Part shown: positions 20,048-31,949 of the stretch, piece after piece
Layout of the letters: the number at the start of each line of letters is the position of its first letter
Position numbering within the stretch: the stretch's first letter is position 1
Assembly (NCBI GenBank): GCA_051117555.1
Contig: JBNPEG010000013.1
Span: 51,267-115,266 of the forward strand
From: Elainellaceae cyanobacterium
Lineage (GTDB): Bacteria > Cyanobacteriota > Cyanobacteriia > CAZCXK01
Length of the DNA: 64,000 bases
Reading direction: 5' to 3'
Notes under the pieces: model-generated
The model's database searches: none
Seen by the model: only the letters and a program-made list of their open reading frames with translations
What the model was told of the DNA's origin: nothing
Position numbers and translations under genes: made by a program

Positions 20048-21256
20048 TCAATGATGATGATCATGAGGGTGACCATCATGATGATGGTGATGACCATGCC
20101 CATGGTCATGCGTGTGAATGGCACGAGGTTGAACTGTTGCAAGCTGCGGATTGACCACCATCGCTTGCTCATTTAGCAAGTCGGCAATATGTGTATTTGC
20201 CCAATCTGCCGCCATTTTGAGAAATTCAGGATGGTCATTCACACAGGGCATTTGCACATAGGTCACATCGGGTCGTTGACGCTGAAGGCTACCCATAATG
20301 TGCTCAACATCGAGCAGCGTTTCATGATTTTCGGTTGCAAACCCAATTGGCATAAAGACAAGCGCAGTTGCACCTAAATCCATTAGGTTCTTCCCGGCCA
20401 ATTCAGCATTCGGCTGAGTCCATTTGATTAGCGGAGTTTGGTGATTGAGCCAGCCTACTGAGATTAGGGGAAAACGATAGATGAGACGTTCTCGAACTCG
20501 TTCATAAAGAGCTTGACTCTCCGTGATGCCAGACGTAAAGCCCTTCGCCTCATGAGGACAGCCATGATTCATTAACACGATGCCAATCTGAGACGGAAGA
20601 TGAGCAACTGCAAGATCCTGCTTGATTTTGTCTTCAACCATTTGGGCGACAAGGCCAATATAAGCTTCCTCGTCATAGAAAGACGGGATGTAGCGTATAC
20701 CCTTTACCCAATGCTCAGTTCCCTCGGCAAGCTCTGACAACGCAGCGTTAACTTGCTCGACTGCAATACCGCTCGTGAAAATTGAATCGACGACAAGGAG
20801 TGGATAAATCAACAATTTATCGAACCCTTGCGCTTTAATCTCGGCAAGCACCTGATCAGGAAGATGCGGTGCGCAGAAGTTAAATGCCTTAAATACTTTG
20901 ACGCGATCGCCCCACACCGATTGCAAATTTTGTTCGATCCCAGCACGTTGCTGTTCAAAGATTGCGTTATGAGGAGAAATAAAATTTCCGTGCTGGTGAC
21001 TCCATTCATGGAGATCAAACTTAGCTAGAAGCTTGGCCAGAGGCGGATAAATCCAAGTTGGAACGGGAGCAAATTTCGCAGTCAGCAAGTTGAGCGCCTG
21101 CTCATTATAGTTCGCAAAGTCTTCGTAGCTCTCAACCTCGCCATACCCCATCAGCAAAACCGCTACTCGGTCATCCGTAGATCCAGAATTAGGGGTTTGA
21201 GCAGAATTGGGATTTTGATCTAAAGACTTCTCAGGGGTCGCAACCACGCTTTGCAC
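20048..21256 (-). CDS. Ferrochelatase-family protein with His-rich C-terminus
   Basis: VAVLLMGYG, SP, P.....FTSG, NHG.P, W..P, F.TENHETL.D; tail HTHDHGHGHHHHHDGHPHDHHH. Confidence 0.8.
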   Translation of the reverse strand: MQSVVATPEKSLDQNPNSAQTPNSGSTDDRVAVLLMGYGEVESYEDFANYNEQALNLLTAKFAPVPTWIYPPLAKLLAKFDLHEWSHQHGNFISPHNAIFEQQRAGIEQNLQSVWGDRVKVFKAFNFCAPHLPDQVLAEIKAQGFDKLLIYPLLVVDSIFTSGIAVEQVNAALSELAEGTEHWVKGIRYIPSFYDEEAYIGLVAQMVEDKIKQDLAVAHLPSQIGIVLMNHGCPHEAKGFTSGITESQALYERVRERLIYRFPLISVGWLNHQTPLIKWTQPNAELAGKNLMDLGATALVFMPIGFATENHETLLDVEHIMGSLQRQRPDVTYVQMPCVNDHPEFLKMAADWANTHIADLLNEQAMVVNPQLATVQPRAIHTHDHGHGHHHHHDGHPHDHHH

Positions 21257-21569
21257 CTCGGTATTCAGTCGAATAATGTTCTTTTCAATAACGTCAGGAC
21301 GTTGTAGTCATCTAGCTAGGCAGTTCGCTAAGTCATGCACGTTGACCTGCATATTGAATAGCGTTCGACATGAGCGTATCAGCACTATGACGAATTTGAC
21401 TACTATGGCCCTCTGTCATCTCACATAGGATAACATCCCCCCAATAGGGATGTGGGCAAAATCTAGATGGAAAAAGCTTTAGAAAAGACAAAATGTATGA
21501 CTAAGAACTTTTTCTCGTTACGATAACGCCGACCGAGGCCGATATTTTACAGTCAATCGCCTGCTCAGG

Positions 21570-22376
21570 CTATAGAACTAAAGACATAGCTGGCTCTGCG
21601 ATTAACACATTGCGAGCGGCAGACAACAAATCTTTATGGATGCGAGTCGGATGAAATCTAGACAAATACGCTTTGCTACGGATACCGCAGGTTAAGGCAA
21701 ACGTGGGAATTTCGTGAGCTTGCCCCGCTAGAACATCTGCCTCGGTATCGCCAATCATCCAACATTGTCCTTGTGCCGTAGATACGCCGTGGTGGGCGAT
21801 CGCCGTTTCGAGTAGGTGAGTTTTGTGCGTTGCACAATTCTGATAAGCAGATTTGCGATCTTGAGACCCATAGACGCCTGCAAAGAGATGCAACAAACCA
21901 TGGTGTTCTAGTAAACAATTCAACTGGGTTTGATGACGTAGGCTAACTAGTATCAGCTTGACATGATGCATATAAAGAAGCTCAAGCGCGCGCCTCACAC
22001 CTGGCTGTAACTGGTCTTGATGAAGCAAACTCGGTTGATTCACAATCGCTTGAACTTTCTCAAGAAATATATCAATCTGACTGCCTTGCAGCCCTGAATG
22101 CGCTGCAATATCAGAATCTGGGATGCGATTGCACTTCATTTGCCAAAACTGATGTTTTGTAAGGCGATGCAGCGATCGCCCCTGATGCTGACTTTGAAGT
22201 ACCGAGTTCACGTGATCTAATGCCGAGCAGTAGGTACTGTAGTATCGTTCAGAAACGTCGACAATCGGCCCATCGAAGTCGCAAAAAACGGTGCGTGGAC
22301 TCTCTGTCCGCAAGGGAGCATTGCTCTGATAGCTCTTACGGCGTTCTAGATAGTGACATGCTGCGGCGTTGAGCAT
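21570..22376 (-). CDS. HAD-superfamily hydrolase
   Basis: DFDGP motif I; MIGDTEADV motif IV. Confidence 0.85.
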   Translation of the reverse strand: MLNAAACHYLERRKSYQSNAPLRTESPRTVFCDFDGPIVDVSERYYSTYCSALDHVNSVLQSQHQGRSLHRLTKHQFWQMKCNRIPDSDIAAHSGLQGSQIDIFLEKVQAIVNQPSLLHQDQLQPGVRRALELLYMHHVKLILVSLRHQTQLNCLLEHHGLLHLFAGVYGSQDRKSAYQNCATHKTHLLETAIAHHGVSTAQGQCWMIGDTEADVLAGQAHEIPTFALTCGIRSKAYLSRFHPTRIHKDLLSAARNVLIAEPAMSLVL

Positions 22377-22621
22377 TGTAGGAAAGATTTAGAAATAATT
22401 AAGTGCGTAATTCTTCTTTACATTAAAGAATTAACCAATAAGTCGTCAATGATTTGAGGCTGCTAAACAGTTAGAAAAACTTATATATATAATCGGTTTA
22501 TCAGACGTTGTGTCGTCGAGCAACGAATATATAGCGGTAGGTGCTTGGGTCAAGTGCCCAAGGGGCTGTGGCGGTTGCTATCAGTATGAAACGTCATGAA
22601 ACGTCTCGCAGCCGATACTCT

Positions 22622-23074
22622 TCACTCAGCTTCCCGCTCCAGAAGCAGGGTTACAGGCCCGTCATTTTCGATAAACACTTGCATCATGGCACCAAACTGC
22701 CCCGTCTCCACCCGTAACCCACTTGTTTGTCGCAGCATGTCGACGAATCGGTCATAGAGTGATTCTGCAAGGTGCGGAGGGCTTGCTTGGTCAAACGAGG
22801 GGCGTCGTCCTCTACGACAGTCACCATAAAGAGTGAATTGACTGATTACGAGTATCTCGGCGCCAATATCGCGAACTGAATACTCAAAGCGATCGCTCTC
22901 TTTGCTAGGAAAAATCCTCAAGTCCAAACATTTACGCACCATCCAATCAAGTTCAGCCTCGGTATCTGATGCAGCCACACCTACCAAAAGGTTTAATCCT
23001 CGTCCAATCTTGCCAACACAGGTACCCGCAACGGTGACTTGGGAGGAGGAAACTCGTTGAACAACTACGCGCAT
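22622..23074 (-). CDS. dtd: D-aminoacyl-tRNA deacylase
   Basis: [25 protein letters not shown]. Confidence 0.96.
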   Translation of the reverse strand: MRVVVQRVSSSQVTVAGTCVGKIGRGLNLLVGVAASDTEAELDWMVRKCLDLRIFPSKESDRFEYSVRDIGAEILVISQFTLYGDCRRGRRPSFDQASPPHLAESLYDRFVDMLRQTSGLRVETGQFGAMMQVFIENDGPVTLLLEREAE

Positions 23075-23105
23075 ACGAATTGTGGAGTACTACTCGACTT
23101 ATGTC

Positions 23106-23921
23106 TTAAGAATTACGGCTCAGTGCGGTCATCATAGCGTGCTGACTAACCGCTTGATAGATTCCATCTAGATGTTGGCGAACGGTTTGTGCATCTGTTG
23201 CGGCGAGCGGCATCTTACCTAAAACATCCAAGATCGTTTGTCCGCCAGAGGGTGTGATGACCACCAGACTTGGATCAAGGGGGGCAGAATAGTCCCAAAA
23301 GTGATGGAGAGTCAGCGAATGTGGCACTGCGTCCTCGTCTGACGTAACAGGTTGGCTCTCTTCGGTTTCAAATGATTCGGAAGCTGACGATGCCCCGCTT
23401 CGCTTTTGCCTTAGTGCATCCAAAATCTGGGCACGAGTTCGCCCCCGAAGTTGAAATAGCACAAAGGGATCCTCTCGGAAAAAGTCACCGAGCTGATAAT
23501 ATACGGCGGCGATGTGTTTGCAAGGATTTTTGGGATCGGGACAGCTACATCGAGAATGAACATCTGACAAGGCAAATGGGAATAAGCTCACTCCATTTGA
23601 AGTAAAGACCTCTTCGATATCATCAGGCATTTCACCCGCCAAAAGCTTGGCAGAATATACAGCCTTCTGAGCCATCGTATCAATGACAAAATCCCAATCT
23701 TCGTCGCTGAAGGGATCTATAGAAATCGAGAGAGTATAGGGCTCTGGAGCGGTTCCTTGAACTTTAGCTTGAACCTTTTCACCCTGAAAATCGATGCTGA
23801 GAATGTTGCCCTCTCTAGCGTAGATACGACCTCTTTCTAGCCGCTTCTTAAATCGGTAAGAGTTGAGCAAATCAACCCACCGCTGTACCCACCATTCTTG
23901 ATTTTCTAACTCGTAACTCAT
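23106..23921 (-). CDS. SWIM zinc-finger protein
   Basis: RLERGRIYA; CSCPD...PCKHIAAV; DPF.LF.LRG. Confidence 0.88.
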   Translation of the reverse strand: MSYELENQEWWVQRWVDLLNSYRFKKRLERGRIYAREGNILSIDFQGEKVQAKVQGTAPEPYTLSISIDPFSDEDWDFVIDTMAQKAVYSAKLLAGEMPDDIEEVFTSNGVSLFPFALSDVHSRCSCPDPKNPCKHIAAVYYQLGDFFREDPFVLFQLRGRTRAQILDALRQKRSGASSASESFETEESQPVTSDEDAVPHSLTLHHFWDYSAPLDPSLVVITPSGGQTILDVLGKMPLAATDAQTVRQHLDGIYQAVSQHAMMTALSRNS

Positions 23922-24286
23922 CTACTACAGACCTGGGCTAACGTTTGTCCAGAGGTTCCAAGCGCATCAAGCGCATTTGTCTGAGCAGTTTGAAGCGTAT
24001 CTCCCAATCCCCACGCCATTGACTGGTCGTTGTGAACAAGTGCTGCGCATTGGTTCTTAAACCAAATCCGAATATTGCAATCTGATTGACCGCATTGCCT
24101 GAGAGCTTCTCGTTCGGCGACGACTCTGCTGCCATAATCAAACGTTACGCCCCATGCCCCAGTTGTGGGAGACATGGCGATCGCCCCAAACCTATCTGCC
24201 GCTATCGCAGGAAACGCAGCAATACTGCTACCTAAGGTGATCAGCACCATTACAGCACTAAATCGGTTGTATCGCTTAAAATTCAT
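23918..24286 (-). CDS. Secreted DUF4189-like protein
   Basis: Signal peptide; FGAIA...A...AL..C....C.I..WF.NQC.AL. Confidence 0.75.
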   Translation of the reverse strand: MNFKRYNRFSAVMVLITLGSSIAAFPAIAADRFGAIAMSPTTGAWGVTFDYGSRVVAEREALRQCGQSDCNIRIWFKNQCAALVHNDQSMAWGLGDTLQTAQTNALDALGTSGQTLAQVCSR

Positions 24287-24438
24287 TGGAATCTGGACTT
24301 CAACATATGTAAACAGGGAAAAACAGGGGAAAGGAATAGAGCGATCGCGCTCTTTAGCCGCCGCGCGCTGTCTTAACTACTACTCTAACAAGAGGACTTC
24401 ATTCATCTGTTCTGAGGTTCCTCAACCGTCTACTGATT

Positions 24439-25638
24439 CTATTCTGGTTTCTTAGACTTGCTTGACGAAGGATTGCCAGCGATCGATTGCTCTGTTTTCG
24501 TCAAAATATCGGGAACTAAGATTTCGCTGAATCCAGCAGTAAAGGCGAGCACAATATACAAATATTTTTGAGGAGTGCCCGATTGAATGCTGGGAAATGC
24601 CACAATATTGGTCTCAAACAGCGCCACAATGAAAATCGCAAATGCAGTGCCGATGATCGGCTTAAAAAATCCAGAGAAAAAGGGAGCCATCGATTTTGCC
24701 CGATTTTGAGCATCAACCGAGCGCAACCGCACCATGACGCTTACTACGCTGCCAATACTGCCAGAGACGACGACGAGAAAAAATCGCTGCACTTCTTCGC
24801 GGGTAAATAAGGGTTGTTCAGAACCAAGCCCCCCACCCCTGTCTGCCGGTTGAACCTCGATCCGACCGGAGGCTGAGGGAGCAGGCGTAATAATCCCTGA
24901 CTGGGGAGATCCAGATTGCGGAGGTTGCCCCGAGGTGACCGTATTGTCCTCAATATCGTCGGTAGGACCCAAGGGCGATTCTTGAGCTTGCTGAGCTGCA
25001 AGGTCAAACCCTAGATCGAAGCCGAGGTTGAATCCAGCACTGTAGTCTTCTTCGATACGCGATCGCACAGAAACAAACAGCAGCGTCGCCATGACAGGGG
25101 TAATCACAAAGATGATAAAAAACCATGTCAGCCCCGATATGAGCTGGCTAGCAGGCGAGCCATTCGCACTCAAAATTGCCCAAAGAGGCGATCGATAATA
25201 GCGAATCTCCCCTGCAATGCTCTTCCGAATTTTGCGGGCTAGGAGCACATTGCCCGGCATCTCTTTGGGAGTTGAGAACCCCGGTAATTTTCTCAGCCAA
25301 CGACGAATGCCAGTTTCATACATCGGTTTTGCTGGCTCGCTGTCAATCCCATCCTTGGATTCGGGGTCTGCCATCAACAGAGAGGCGGCAAAACGCGCCA
25401 TATGCAGCAGATCGATATTGTTAGTCAAATCAATATACGGCAGCAGCTCGAGCAGTACCCCGAGTTCTCGATAAACAGGCTCGCTTAGCCGCTTGGAGAA
25501 AATTTTGTCTTGAATAGTTTGGATGAGATCTTTGACTCCCTGACCAATTTGTTGATCAATATCATCGACCTCCATAGCAGAGTCTAGTGGGGCGTCTGAA
25601 TTCGAGCGGTCTGAGTCATAGAGTGGCTGGTGGGTCAT
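24439..25638 (-). CDS. Hypothetical multi-TM membrane protein
   Basis: About 4 TM helices; GSIGSVVSV..R, KPIIG, AFTAGFSE. Confidence 0.65.
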   Translation of the reverse strand: MTHQPLYDSDRSNSDAPLDSAMEVDDIDQQIGQGVKDLIQTIQDKIFSKRLSEPVYRELGVLLELLPYIDLTNNIDLLHMARFAASLLMADPESKDGIDSEPAKPMYETGIRRWLRKLPGFSTPKEMPGNVLLARKIRKSIAGEIRYYRSPLWAILSANGSPASQLISGLTWFFIIFVITPVMATLLFVSVRSRIEEDYSAGFNLGFDLGFDLAAQQAQESPLGPTDDIEDNTVTSGQPPQSGSPQSGIITPAPSASGRIEVQPADRGGGLGSEQPLFTREEVQRFFLVVVSGSIGSVVSVMVRLRSVDAQNRAKSMAPFFSGFFKPIIGTAFAIFIVALFETNIVAFPSIQSGTPQKYLYIVLAFTAGFSEILVPDILTKTEQSIAGNPSSSKSKKPE

Positions 25639-25754
25639 AGTAGCCTGCCTCCCTCAGCGTACTGGTTGCTCTAAGGCTAATCCGTGGATACACGGTGAAG
25701 ATGGCTGGTTACGGATTTGGAAACCCAAAAATCTGATTTGTCAAGGCAGAAATT

Positions 25755-27566
25755 CTAGAAATTTTGCTGGACGTATTCTAGAATACCACGGGCGATCGCC
25801 TGAGCCATGCGACTTTGAAACCCAGGATCGGCTAGTAGGGGAGCGTCTTGGCCTCCCGTGACGAATCCGGTTTCCAATAGCACTGCGGGCATAGATGTAT
25901 TGCGAATGACATAAAATCGAGCCCGCCGAACACCGCGATCGGGGCGTCCGGTCAGTTGCACCATGTTGCGGTGAATAATCTGCGCCATGCGATACCCCCG
26001 ATCGGAATAGTAATAGGTTTCGATGCCATTGACATCAGGGCGGCTCAAATTAATCGCATTGGCATGAATACTGATAAAAATATCTGCATTCACCCGCTCA
26101 GCGATTTGCACGCGAGGTTCTAAGTCAAGATCGCGATCGTCTTGGCGCGTCATGACAACTGACATCCCCTGCTGCTGAAGGATTTGCACGACTTGCCGTG
26201 AAATGGGTAAGACTACATCTTTTTCTCGCAAGCCACCAATGCCAACCGCTCCTGGATCAGGCCCCCCATGCCCTGGATCAATGACAATCACCACTTGACT
26301 ATTCGGTATCGTGGAGGGCACAGTAGGCAGCGTGACCGGATTTCCAGGCGAATAGACAGGCGGCGTTGGCGTAACGGGAACCGATTGCTGAAGCGGCAGC
26401 GCCAGGAGTTGCTGACTCGGTTGGCTAATTTCGCCAATCTGCGCCCTCGCCGCAGGCTGTAGCGAAATAATGACCGTATCGTTTTCTTCCTGGCGCAATC
26501 GCACTCGCAAAAGGGGGCTATTTGCACCAAGGCGTGGATCCGCAATCTGGTCTGCTAAGCGAGCATTAGGAATTGTAATTTGATAATCTGTTGTAGCTCG
26601 ATCCCAACCGCCGGTAAAGGTCTCTATAGGGCGATCGGCTCGAATTAAAAGCTGAGTTCCGCCGTTTGCCAACTCGATGGACTGAATCGTTGCGGGTTGT
26701 TGAACTGGCTCAGCGGCTGTGCGAGGAATCTGGAGAGAACTGGGAGGGCGATTTTGGATTGGTTCTCCTCCTTGAGGAATTACGACAACCCCGCCAAACG
26801 TGCTCACCGTAGCCTGTAGATCTACCTCTCGATCTGCCAAGTCCAGCGTTACCCTAGCCCGTGGGGGCGACTCGTCTTCTTGACTCAGCTCAATACGATT
26901 GACTCCAAAGCTATCGAGGTTCAGCTCTCGCTGAGCGAGTTGGCTGGACAACGCCGTATCTTCAAAATCAATCGTGACTTGTTCTTGTCGGCGGTTCCGC
27001 TCAACCTCGATCTCAGGCGTTGCGCCGCTCGTCCGCACAAAAATACCATCTGGCGTAACCCGGATACCCTCTAAAACCGTTGCTGCTCCGGGTACGATCG
27101 GTGATGTGTCTCCCGATGTAACCATTGCTAGAGGTGAAGACTCGTCTGTTTCTGCTACTGATTCATCAAGCGGCTGAGGATCTGGAATTTCGACCACCCA
27201 CTGAGTTGGAGTCGCGCCACGCACCCGGACTTGCTGCGGATCAATGGTATAGCCTTCATTAAGCTCAACCACAATTCGAGTCGTTTGCGCATCAAATTGT
27301 CCTACGCGGACTTCTCGAATCGCCCCTTCTCCGGCTTGATTCACCAATGGCTGACCAAAACTCGTTCCGGGCAGGTCAATCACCAAGCGCGTTGGATTGG
27401 GAATGAGTTGGGCTCTAGGTTGGACGGCGGTATCGGTCGTAAAAATCAGGCGATTTTCATCCGCATTGAAACGCCAAAATTGCAATCGTGCTGCCTCAGC
27501 AGGAGAGGACAACAGCAAAACGCCTATAACACCCAATAAACTTGGGAAAATCCCGTGCAATCTCAC
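25755..27566 (-). CDS. amiC: N-acetylmuramoyl-L-alanine amidase with AMIN domains
   Basis: Signal peptide; PTRLVIDLP AMIN; IDPGHGG, EK, FISIHAN, PAVLLETGF (Amidase_3). Confidence 0.9.
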   Translation of the reverse strand: MRLHGIFPSLLGVIGVLLLSSPAEAARLQFWRFNADENRLIFTTDTAVQPRAQLIPNPTRLVIDLPGTSFGQPLVNQAGEGAIREVRVGQFDAQTTRIVVELNEGYTIDPQQVRVRGATPTQWVVEIPDPQPLDESVAETDESSPLAMVTSGDTSPIVPGAATVLEGIRVTPDGIFVRTSGATPEIEVERNRRQEQVTIDFEDTALSSQLAQRELNLDSFGVNRIELSQEDESPPRARVTLDLADREVDLQATVSTFGGVVVIPQGGEPIQNRPPSSLQIPRTAAEPVQQPATIQSIELANGGTQLLIRADRPIETFTGGWDRATTDYQITIPNARLADQIADPRLGANSPLLRVRLRQEENDTVIISLQPAARAQIGEISQPSQQLLALPLQQSVPVTPTPPVYSPGNPVTLPTVPSTIPNSQVVIVIDPGHGGPDPGAVGIGGLREKDVVLPISRQVVQILQQQGMSVVMTRQDDRDLDLEPRVQIAERVNADIFISIHANAINLSRPDVNGIETYYYSDRGYRMAQIIHRNMVQLTGRPDRGVRRARFYVIRNTSMPAVLLETGFVTGGQDAPLLADPGFQSRMAQAIARGILEYVQQNF

Positions 27567-27947
27567 AGTTACGGCTTCTCCTTACGGTTTCTGGAACGTC
27601 ACTGCCCTGAACAGCACAAAACTGGGAGTTCGCAGTGCAAATGCAGGTCAGTCAACTTTGGCGACATAAAATGTGTGTGAATGTTAGACCCGCTTCATAG
27701 ACGAGATGATTTTACTTCGTAGCTCAATATACACTAGCCGAAAAACGTATCTCAGAAGTTTTTTCAAAATTGTTTGAATAGCTCTCCCAATCTCGACAGA
27801 ATCTCAATAGAATCTCAGCGGACAACGTAGAATTGGGCTGGGCTTCAGCATTCAGACACATCTTTCTATGACTAAACGCAACGACCAGGATCGTTTGTCA
27901 ACTCTGGTTAGGTTCGCATGTTTCTCTTAGGATGATGAATAGTCGTT

Positions 27948-29108
27948 TTGGAGCTTCATCCAAGGATTAGTCTGCCTGTGACTAAATCGAGCGCATCAAC
28001 GCCCCCGCAAGAGTCTCTATCTCGCACACCCCTTTATCCGCTTCACATCGAACTGCAAGCCCGAATGACTCCATTTTCAGGGTGGGAAATGCCTGTGCAG
28101 TATAGCGGAATCCGTCCTGAGCATGACGCAGTTCGGCAAACGGCGGGCATGTTTGATATTTCTCACATGGGCAAATTCTATCTGGTAGGCAAGGCGGCCA
28201 TCGATCAGCTTCAGATTCTTGTTCCGTCTGATTTGAGCCGTTTAACGCCCGGCGAGGCTCAATATACGGTTTTAGCAAACTCAGACGGTGGCATCATCGA
28301 TGATTTGATCATCTACTATCAGGGCAAAAGCGCCACAGGCGAGCAAACGGTGATGGTGATTGTCAATGCGGCGACCACTGAGAAAGACCGAGACTGGATG
28401 CTGAGTCATCTGGATAGAGATCAGATTGAATTTCAAGACCTGTCATCTCGGAAAGTGTTGATTGCAGTCCAAGGGCCTGAGGCGGTTGCCAAATTGCAAT
28501 CTCTGGTGGACGAAGATTTATCAACCGTTGGGCGCTTTGGGCATTTAGAGGGAACTGTGCTCGGTCGGCCTGCATTTCTGGCTCGAACTGGATATACCGG
28601 GGAAGACGGCTTCGAGGTGATGGTTGATCCGGAGGTAGGACAAGACCTTTGGCGATCGCTCCTGTCGGCTAGCGTAACCCCGTGTGGGCTGGGTGCACGA
28701 GATACCTTGCGGTTAGAAGCAGCCATGGCGCTTTATGGACAAGACATTGACGATACAATCACTCCCATCGAAGCGGGGCTAAGCTGGCTGGTGCATCTCG
28801 ACAACAAAGGAGACTTTATCGGGCGTTCGGTGATTGAGCGGCACAAGAAAGAAGGCCCACCACGCCGACTGGTGGGGCTCCAAATGCAAGGGCGCAACAT
28901 TGCTCGTCATGGATATCCGGTGGTGTATGGGGGCGATCGCCTTGGTGAGGTCACGAGCGGCACGCTCTCTCCAACCTTGGGATACCCGATCGCGCTAGCC
29001 TATGTTCCGACAGAGCTATCTAGCGTTGGGCAAGAGCTCGGGGTTGAAATTCGCGGCAAAACGCATCCATGTAAGGTGGTTAAGCGGCCATTCTATCGGA
29101 GAGCGTGA
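27948..29108 (+). CDS. gcvT: Glycine cleavage system aminomethyltransferase T
   Basis: [44 protein letters not shown]; start may be GTG 27978. Confidence 0.96.
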   Translation: MELHPRISLPVTKSSASTPPQESLSRTPLYPLHIELQARMTPFSGWEMPVQYSGIRPEHDAVRQTAGMFDISHMGKFYLVGKAAIDQLQILVPSDLSRLTPGEAQYTVLANSDGGIIDDLIIYYQGKSATGEQTVMVIVNAATTEKDRDWMLSHLDRDQIEFQDLSSRKVLIAVQGPEAVAKLQSLVDEDLSTVGRFGHLEGTVLGRPAFLARTGYTGEDGFEVMVDPEVGQDLWRSLLSASVTPCGLGARDTLRLEAAMALYGQDIDDTITPIEAGLSWLVHLDNKGDFIGRSVIERHKKEGPPRRLVGLQMQGRNIARHGYPVVYGGDRLGEVTSGTLSPTLGYPIALAYVPTELSSVGQELGVEIRGKTHPCKVVKRPFYRRA

Positions 29109-29142
29109 AAAACAGACCATCAACTTCCATCAATCTTTAAGA

Positions 29143-29209
29143 TATAGCAATTTGCAATTGCGTCAATTACAGAAATGGTGGTGTGAGACGCGCCGCGCCC
29201 CACACCACC
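29143..29209. repeat. MITE/REP-like repeat remnant with hairpin
   Basis: TATAGCAAT.. end plus GGTGGTGTG...CACACCACC hairpin similar to the one in 35107-35198. Confidence 0.5.
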
Positions 29210-29232
29210 GTGCTTAGCTCAAGCGCATACCG

Positions 29233-30180
29233 CTATATTTCAGCAGGAAATCCGGCAATTTCAGTGACCGTATAAAGCGGGCGAGCTTTCACTTCTTCAT
29301 AGATACGCCCGATATATTCGCCTAAAATGCCGATACAAATGAGCTGGACTGCCCCAAAAAAGAGAATTGCCATGATGATTGTGGCATAGCCCGTCAATGG
29401 CGAGTTGGGTTGAAGAAAGCGCCAATAGACAACTAGCACCATCATCAAGAGAGCAACGGCTGCTGAAAATAAGCCGATATACGTTGCAATGCGCAGCGGA
29501 ATTTTTGAAAAGGAAACCAAGCTATCGATCGCCAGCGCAAGGGATTTGCCAAACGTATATTTAACGGGTCCGGCGTATCGAGGCGAACGATTATAGCGCA
29601 CGGCTGTTTGTCGAAAGCCAATCCAGGCGCGTAATCCTCGAATATATCGATTGCGTTCAGGCATCGCGTTTAGTGCATCCACGACCCGCCGATCCATGAG
29701 ACAAAAATCTCCGGTGTCCGTAGGAATGTCTACATCAGCGAGTCGCTGGAGGAGGCGATAAAACAAATGAGCGGTGAGACGTTTGAACCAATTCTCCCGC
29801 TGCCGAGTAGTCCGCTGAGCATACACAACCTGATATCCGTTTTGCCACTGATGCAGCATATCTGGAATTAGCTCTGGAGGATCTTGCAAGTCGGCATCTA
29901 GAACGACCACAATCTGACCCCGTGCAAAATTAAGTCCAGCCGTGACAGCCGTTTGATGACCGAAGTTGCGGGCAAAATTGAGATAGCAAACCCTGGAATC
30001 GTGGTGTCTCAATTCTCGAATAATGAGCAAGGAGCGATCGCCACTGCCGTCGTTAACGAAGATAAATTCAGCGATTCCCTCTAATCGATTGATGACATCG
30101 CAAAGCCGTCGATAGAGTTCGTGCAATGAGTCTTCTTCGTTATAGACCGGGATCACGAGAGAATAGCTCACCTCACTCAT
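29233..30180 (-). CDS. GT2 polyisoprenyl-phosphate glycosyltransferase (GtrB-like)
   Basis: [32 protein letters not shown], two C-terminal TMs, [12 protein letters not shown]. Confidence 0.9.
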   Translation of the reverse strand: MSEVSYSLVIPVYNEEDSLHELYRRLCDVINRLEGIAEFIFVNDGSGDRSLLIIRELRHHDSRVCYLNFARNFGHQTAVTAGLNFARGQIVVVLDADLQDPPELIPDMLHQWQNGYQVVYAQRTTRQRENWFKRLTAHLFYRLLQRLADVDIPTDTGDFCLMDRRVVDALNAMPERNRYIRGLRAWIGFRQTAVRYNRSPRYAGPVKYTFGKSLALAIDSLVSFSKIPLRIATYIGLFSAAVALLMMVLVVYWRFLQPNSPLTGYATIIMAILFFGAVQLICIGILGEYIGRIYEEVKARPLYTVTEIAGFPAEI

Positions 30181-31949
30181 GGATGGGGCCCCGCGACATT
30201 GTGCCAGCGGGTCAGTAAGGGAGCTGCATTCAGCAATGTTTGAGTATACGGGTGTTGAGGATTCGAGAAAATTTCATCGGTAGTTCCGTATTCAACAATT
30301 TGACCCGCTTGCATCACTGCAATGCGATCGCAAAAGTATCGGGCAACCCAAAGATCGTGGGTGATAAACAAATAGGTCAGGTCGAACTCTTGCTTTAGCT
30401 CTAGCATGAGTTCTAACACTTGACTCTGAATGCTGGCATCGAGCATGCTCACGGGTTCATCGCAGATAAGCAATTTAGGTCGAGTGATGAGCGCCCGGGC
30501 GATCGCCACTCGCTGCTGCTGCCCGCCGGAAAGCTCATTTGGATAGCGATGATAAAACTCATCCGGTGGCGTCAACCCAACTCGCTCTAGCATGGCGTTC
30601 ACGTGGGCAGCGATGTTGTCTCCGTGTGCCAACTGATGAATCAGCAATGGACTGGCAATGCCTTGTCCCACAGTCATGAGTGGATTTAAGCAGGCATGGG
30701 GATCTTGAAAAATCATCTGCATCTGCCGACGCTGTCGCCGCATTTCATCTGGCGATAACGCTGTTAGGTCTTGTTGGAGAAACTCGACGGTGCCTGATGT
30801 GGGGTGTACGAGCCGCAAAATTGTCCGCGATAATGTGCTTTTCCCACAGCCCGACTCACCCACCAAGCCCAAAATCTCACCCGGAAAAATATCAAGGCTG
30901 ACATCATCGACGGCTTTAATTGTGCGATCGCTCGTCTGTGAAAAGAGCCGAGCGATAAAATTTTGCTCTAAGGTGTAATGCTGCTTGAGATGGCGAATGC
31001 TCAGAAGCGGTGGAGAAGACGATGAAATGGATGAATTAGCTGAGCGAATTTGAGGTGACGATGGGGCGATCGCTCCATCACGCGCTCTGCTGCCTTCTCT
31101 GCCCTCGCTGCCGCTTTCTCCGCGTTGGAGGTGTAGTGCGGCGGATAACAGCGATTGGGTATAGGAATGTTGGGGGTTGGTGAGGACAGACTCGACCGTT
31201 CCAGTTTCAACGATCTTACCGTCATACATGACAGCAATGCGATCGCAATATTCGCCGACGAGCGTCAAATCATGGGAGATTAACATCAACGCCATCTGAC
31301 GCTCCCGGCAGAGGCGGGTCAGTTCCTTTAAAATCTGTGCCGAAACCGTGACATCTAAGCTAGTCGTGGGCTCGTCTGCAACAATCAACTTTGGATTTAG
31401 AAGTAACGCTAGGGCGATCGCCACGCGCTGCCGCATCCCTCCGCTAAACTCGTGAGGATATTGTCCCCACCGACTTGCCGGAATATTCACAGCATCTAAA
31501 ATCTCAATGCCACGCTGCCTGGCATCTTGGCGAGAAAGGTGAGGGTCATGAGCGAGCAGAGTCTCAATGCAGTGGTTGCCAATGGTCATCAGCGGGTCGA
31601 GGCGCGTCATTGGGTCTTGAAAAATAAGGGCGATCGCTTCTCCGCGAAATGTGCGGAGCGCATCAGCCGATAGATCAAAAACCGATTGCCCCTTAAATAA
31701 AACCGTTCCCTCAATGTGAGTGGATGACGGCAATAGTCGCATCGCAGCGCGTCCGAGCGTGGATTTTCCGCAGCCTGATTCTCCAACTAATCCAAGCCTT
31801 TCTCCAGGCATCAGAGTTAGCGAGACATCATCGACTGCCCAAGTCTGAGGTGACGCAGCGACTGACTGCTTAGCAGATGACAGATTTTGAGGACTCGTTT
31901 GCGGATAAGCGACCCGAACGTGTTCGATGCAAAAGAGAGCATTGCTCAT
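30177..31949 (-). CDS. Double-domain peptide ABC transporter ATP-binding protein (DppD/F fusion)
   Basis: Two GESGCGKST Walker A motifs; SGGMRQR and SGGQQQR signatures; HPYT. Confidence 0.92.
   Translation of the reverse strand: MSNALFCIEHVRVAYPQTSPQNLSSAKQSVAASPQTWAVDDVSLTLMPGERLGLVGESGCGKSTLGRAAMRLLPSSTHIEGTVLFKGQSVFDLSADALRTFRGEAIALIFQDPMTRLDPLMTIGNHCIETLLAHDPHLSRQDARQRGIEILDAVNIPASRWGQYPHEFSGGMRQRVAIALALLLNPKLIVADEPTTSLDVTVSAQILKELTRLCRERQMALMLISHDLTLVGEYCDRIAVMYDGKIVETGTVESVLTNPQHSYTQSLLSAALHLQRGESGSEGREGSRARDGAIAPSSPQIRSANSSISSSSPPLLSIRHLKQHYTLEQNFIARLFSQTSDRTIKAVDDVSLDIFPGEILGLVGESGCGKSTLSRTILRLVHPTSGTVEFLQQDLTALSPDEMRRQRRQMQMIFQDPHACLNPLMTVGQGIASPLLIHQLAHGDNIAAHVNAMLERVGLTPPDEFYHRYPNELSGGQQQRVAIARALITRPKLLICDEPVSMLDASIQSQVLELMLELKQEFDLTYLFITHDLWVARYFCDRIAVMQAGQIVEYGTTDEIFSNPQHPYTQTLLNAAPLLTRWHNVAGPHP

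Noticed and set aside
22407..22421. Possible NtcA box upstream of the HAD gene
   Set aside because: Spacing is GTA-N9-TAC, not N8
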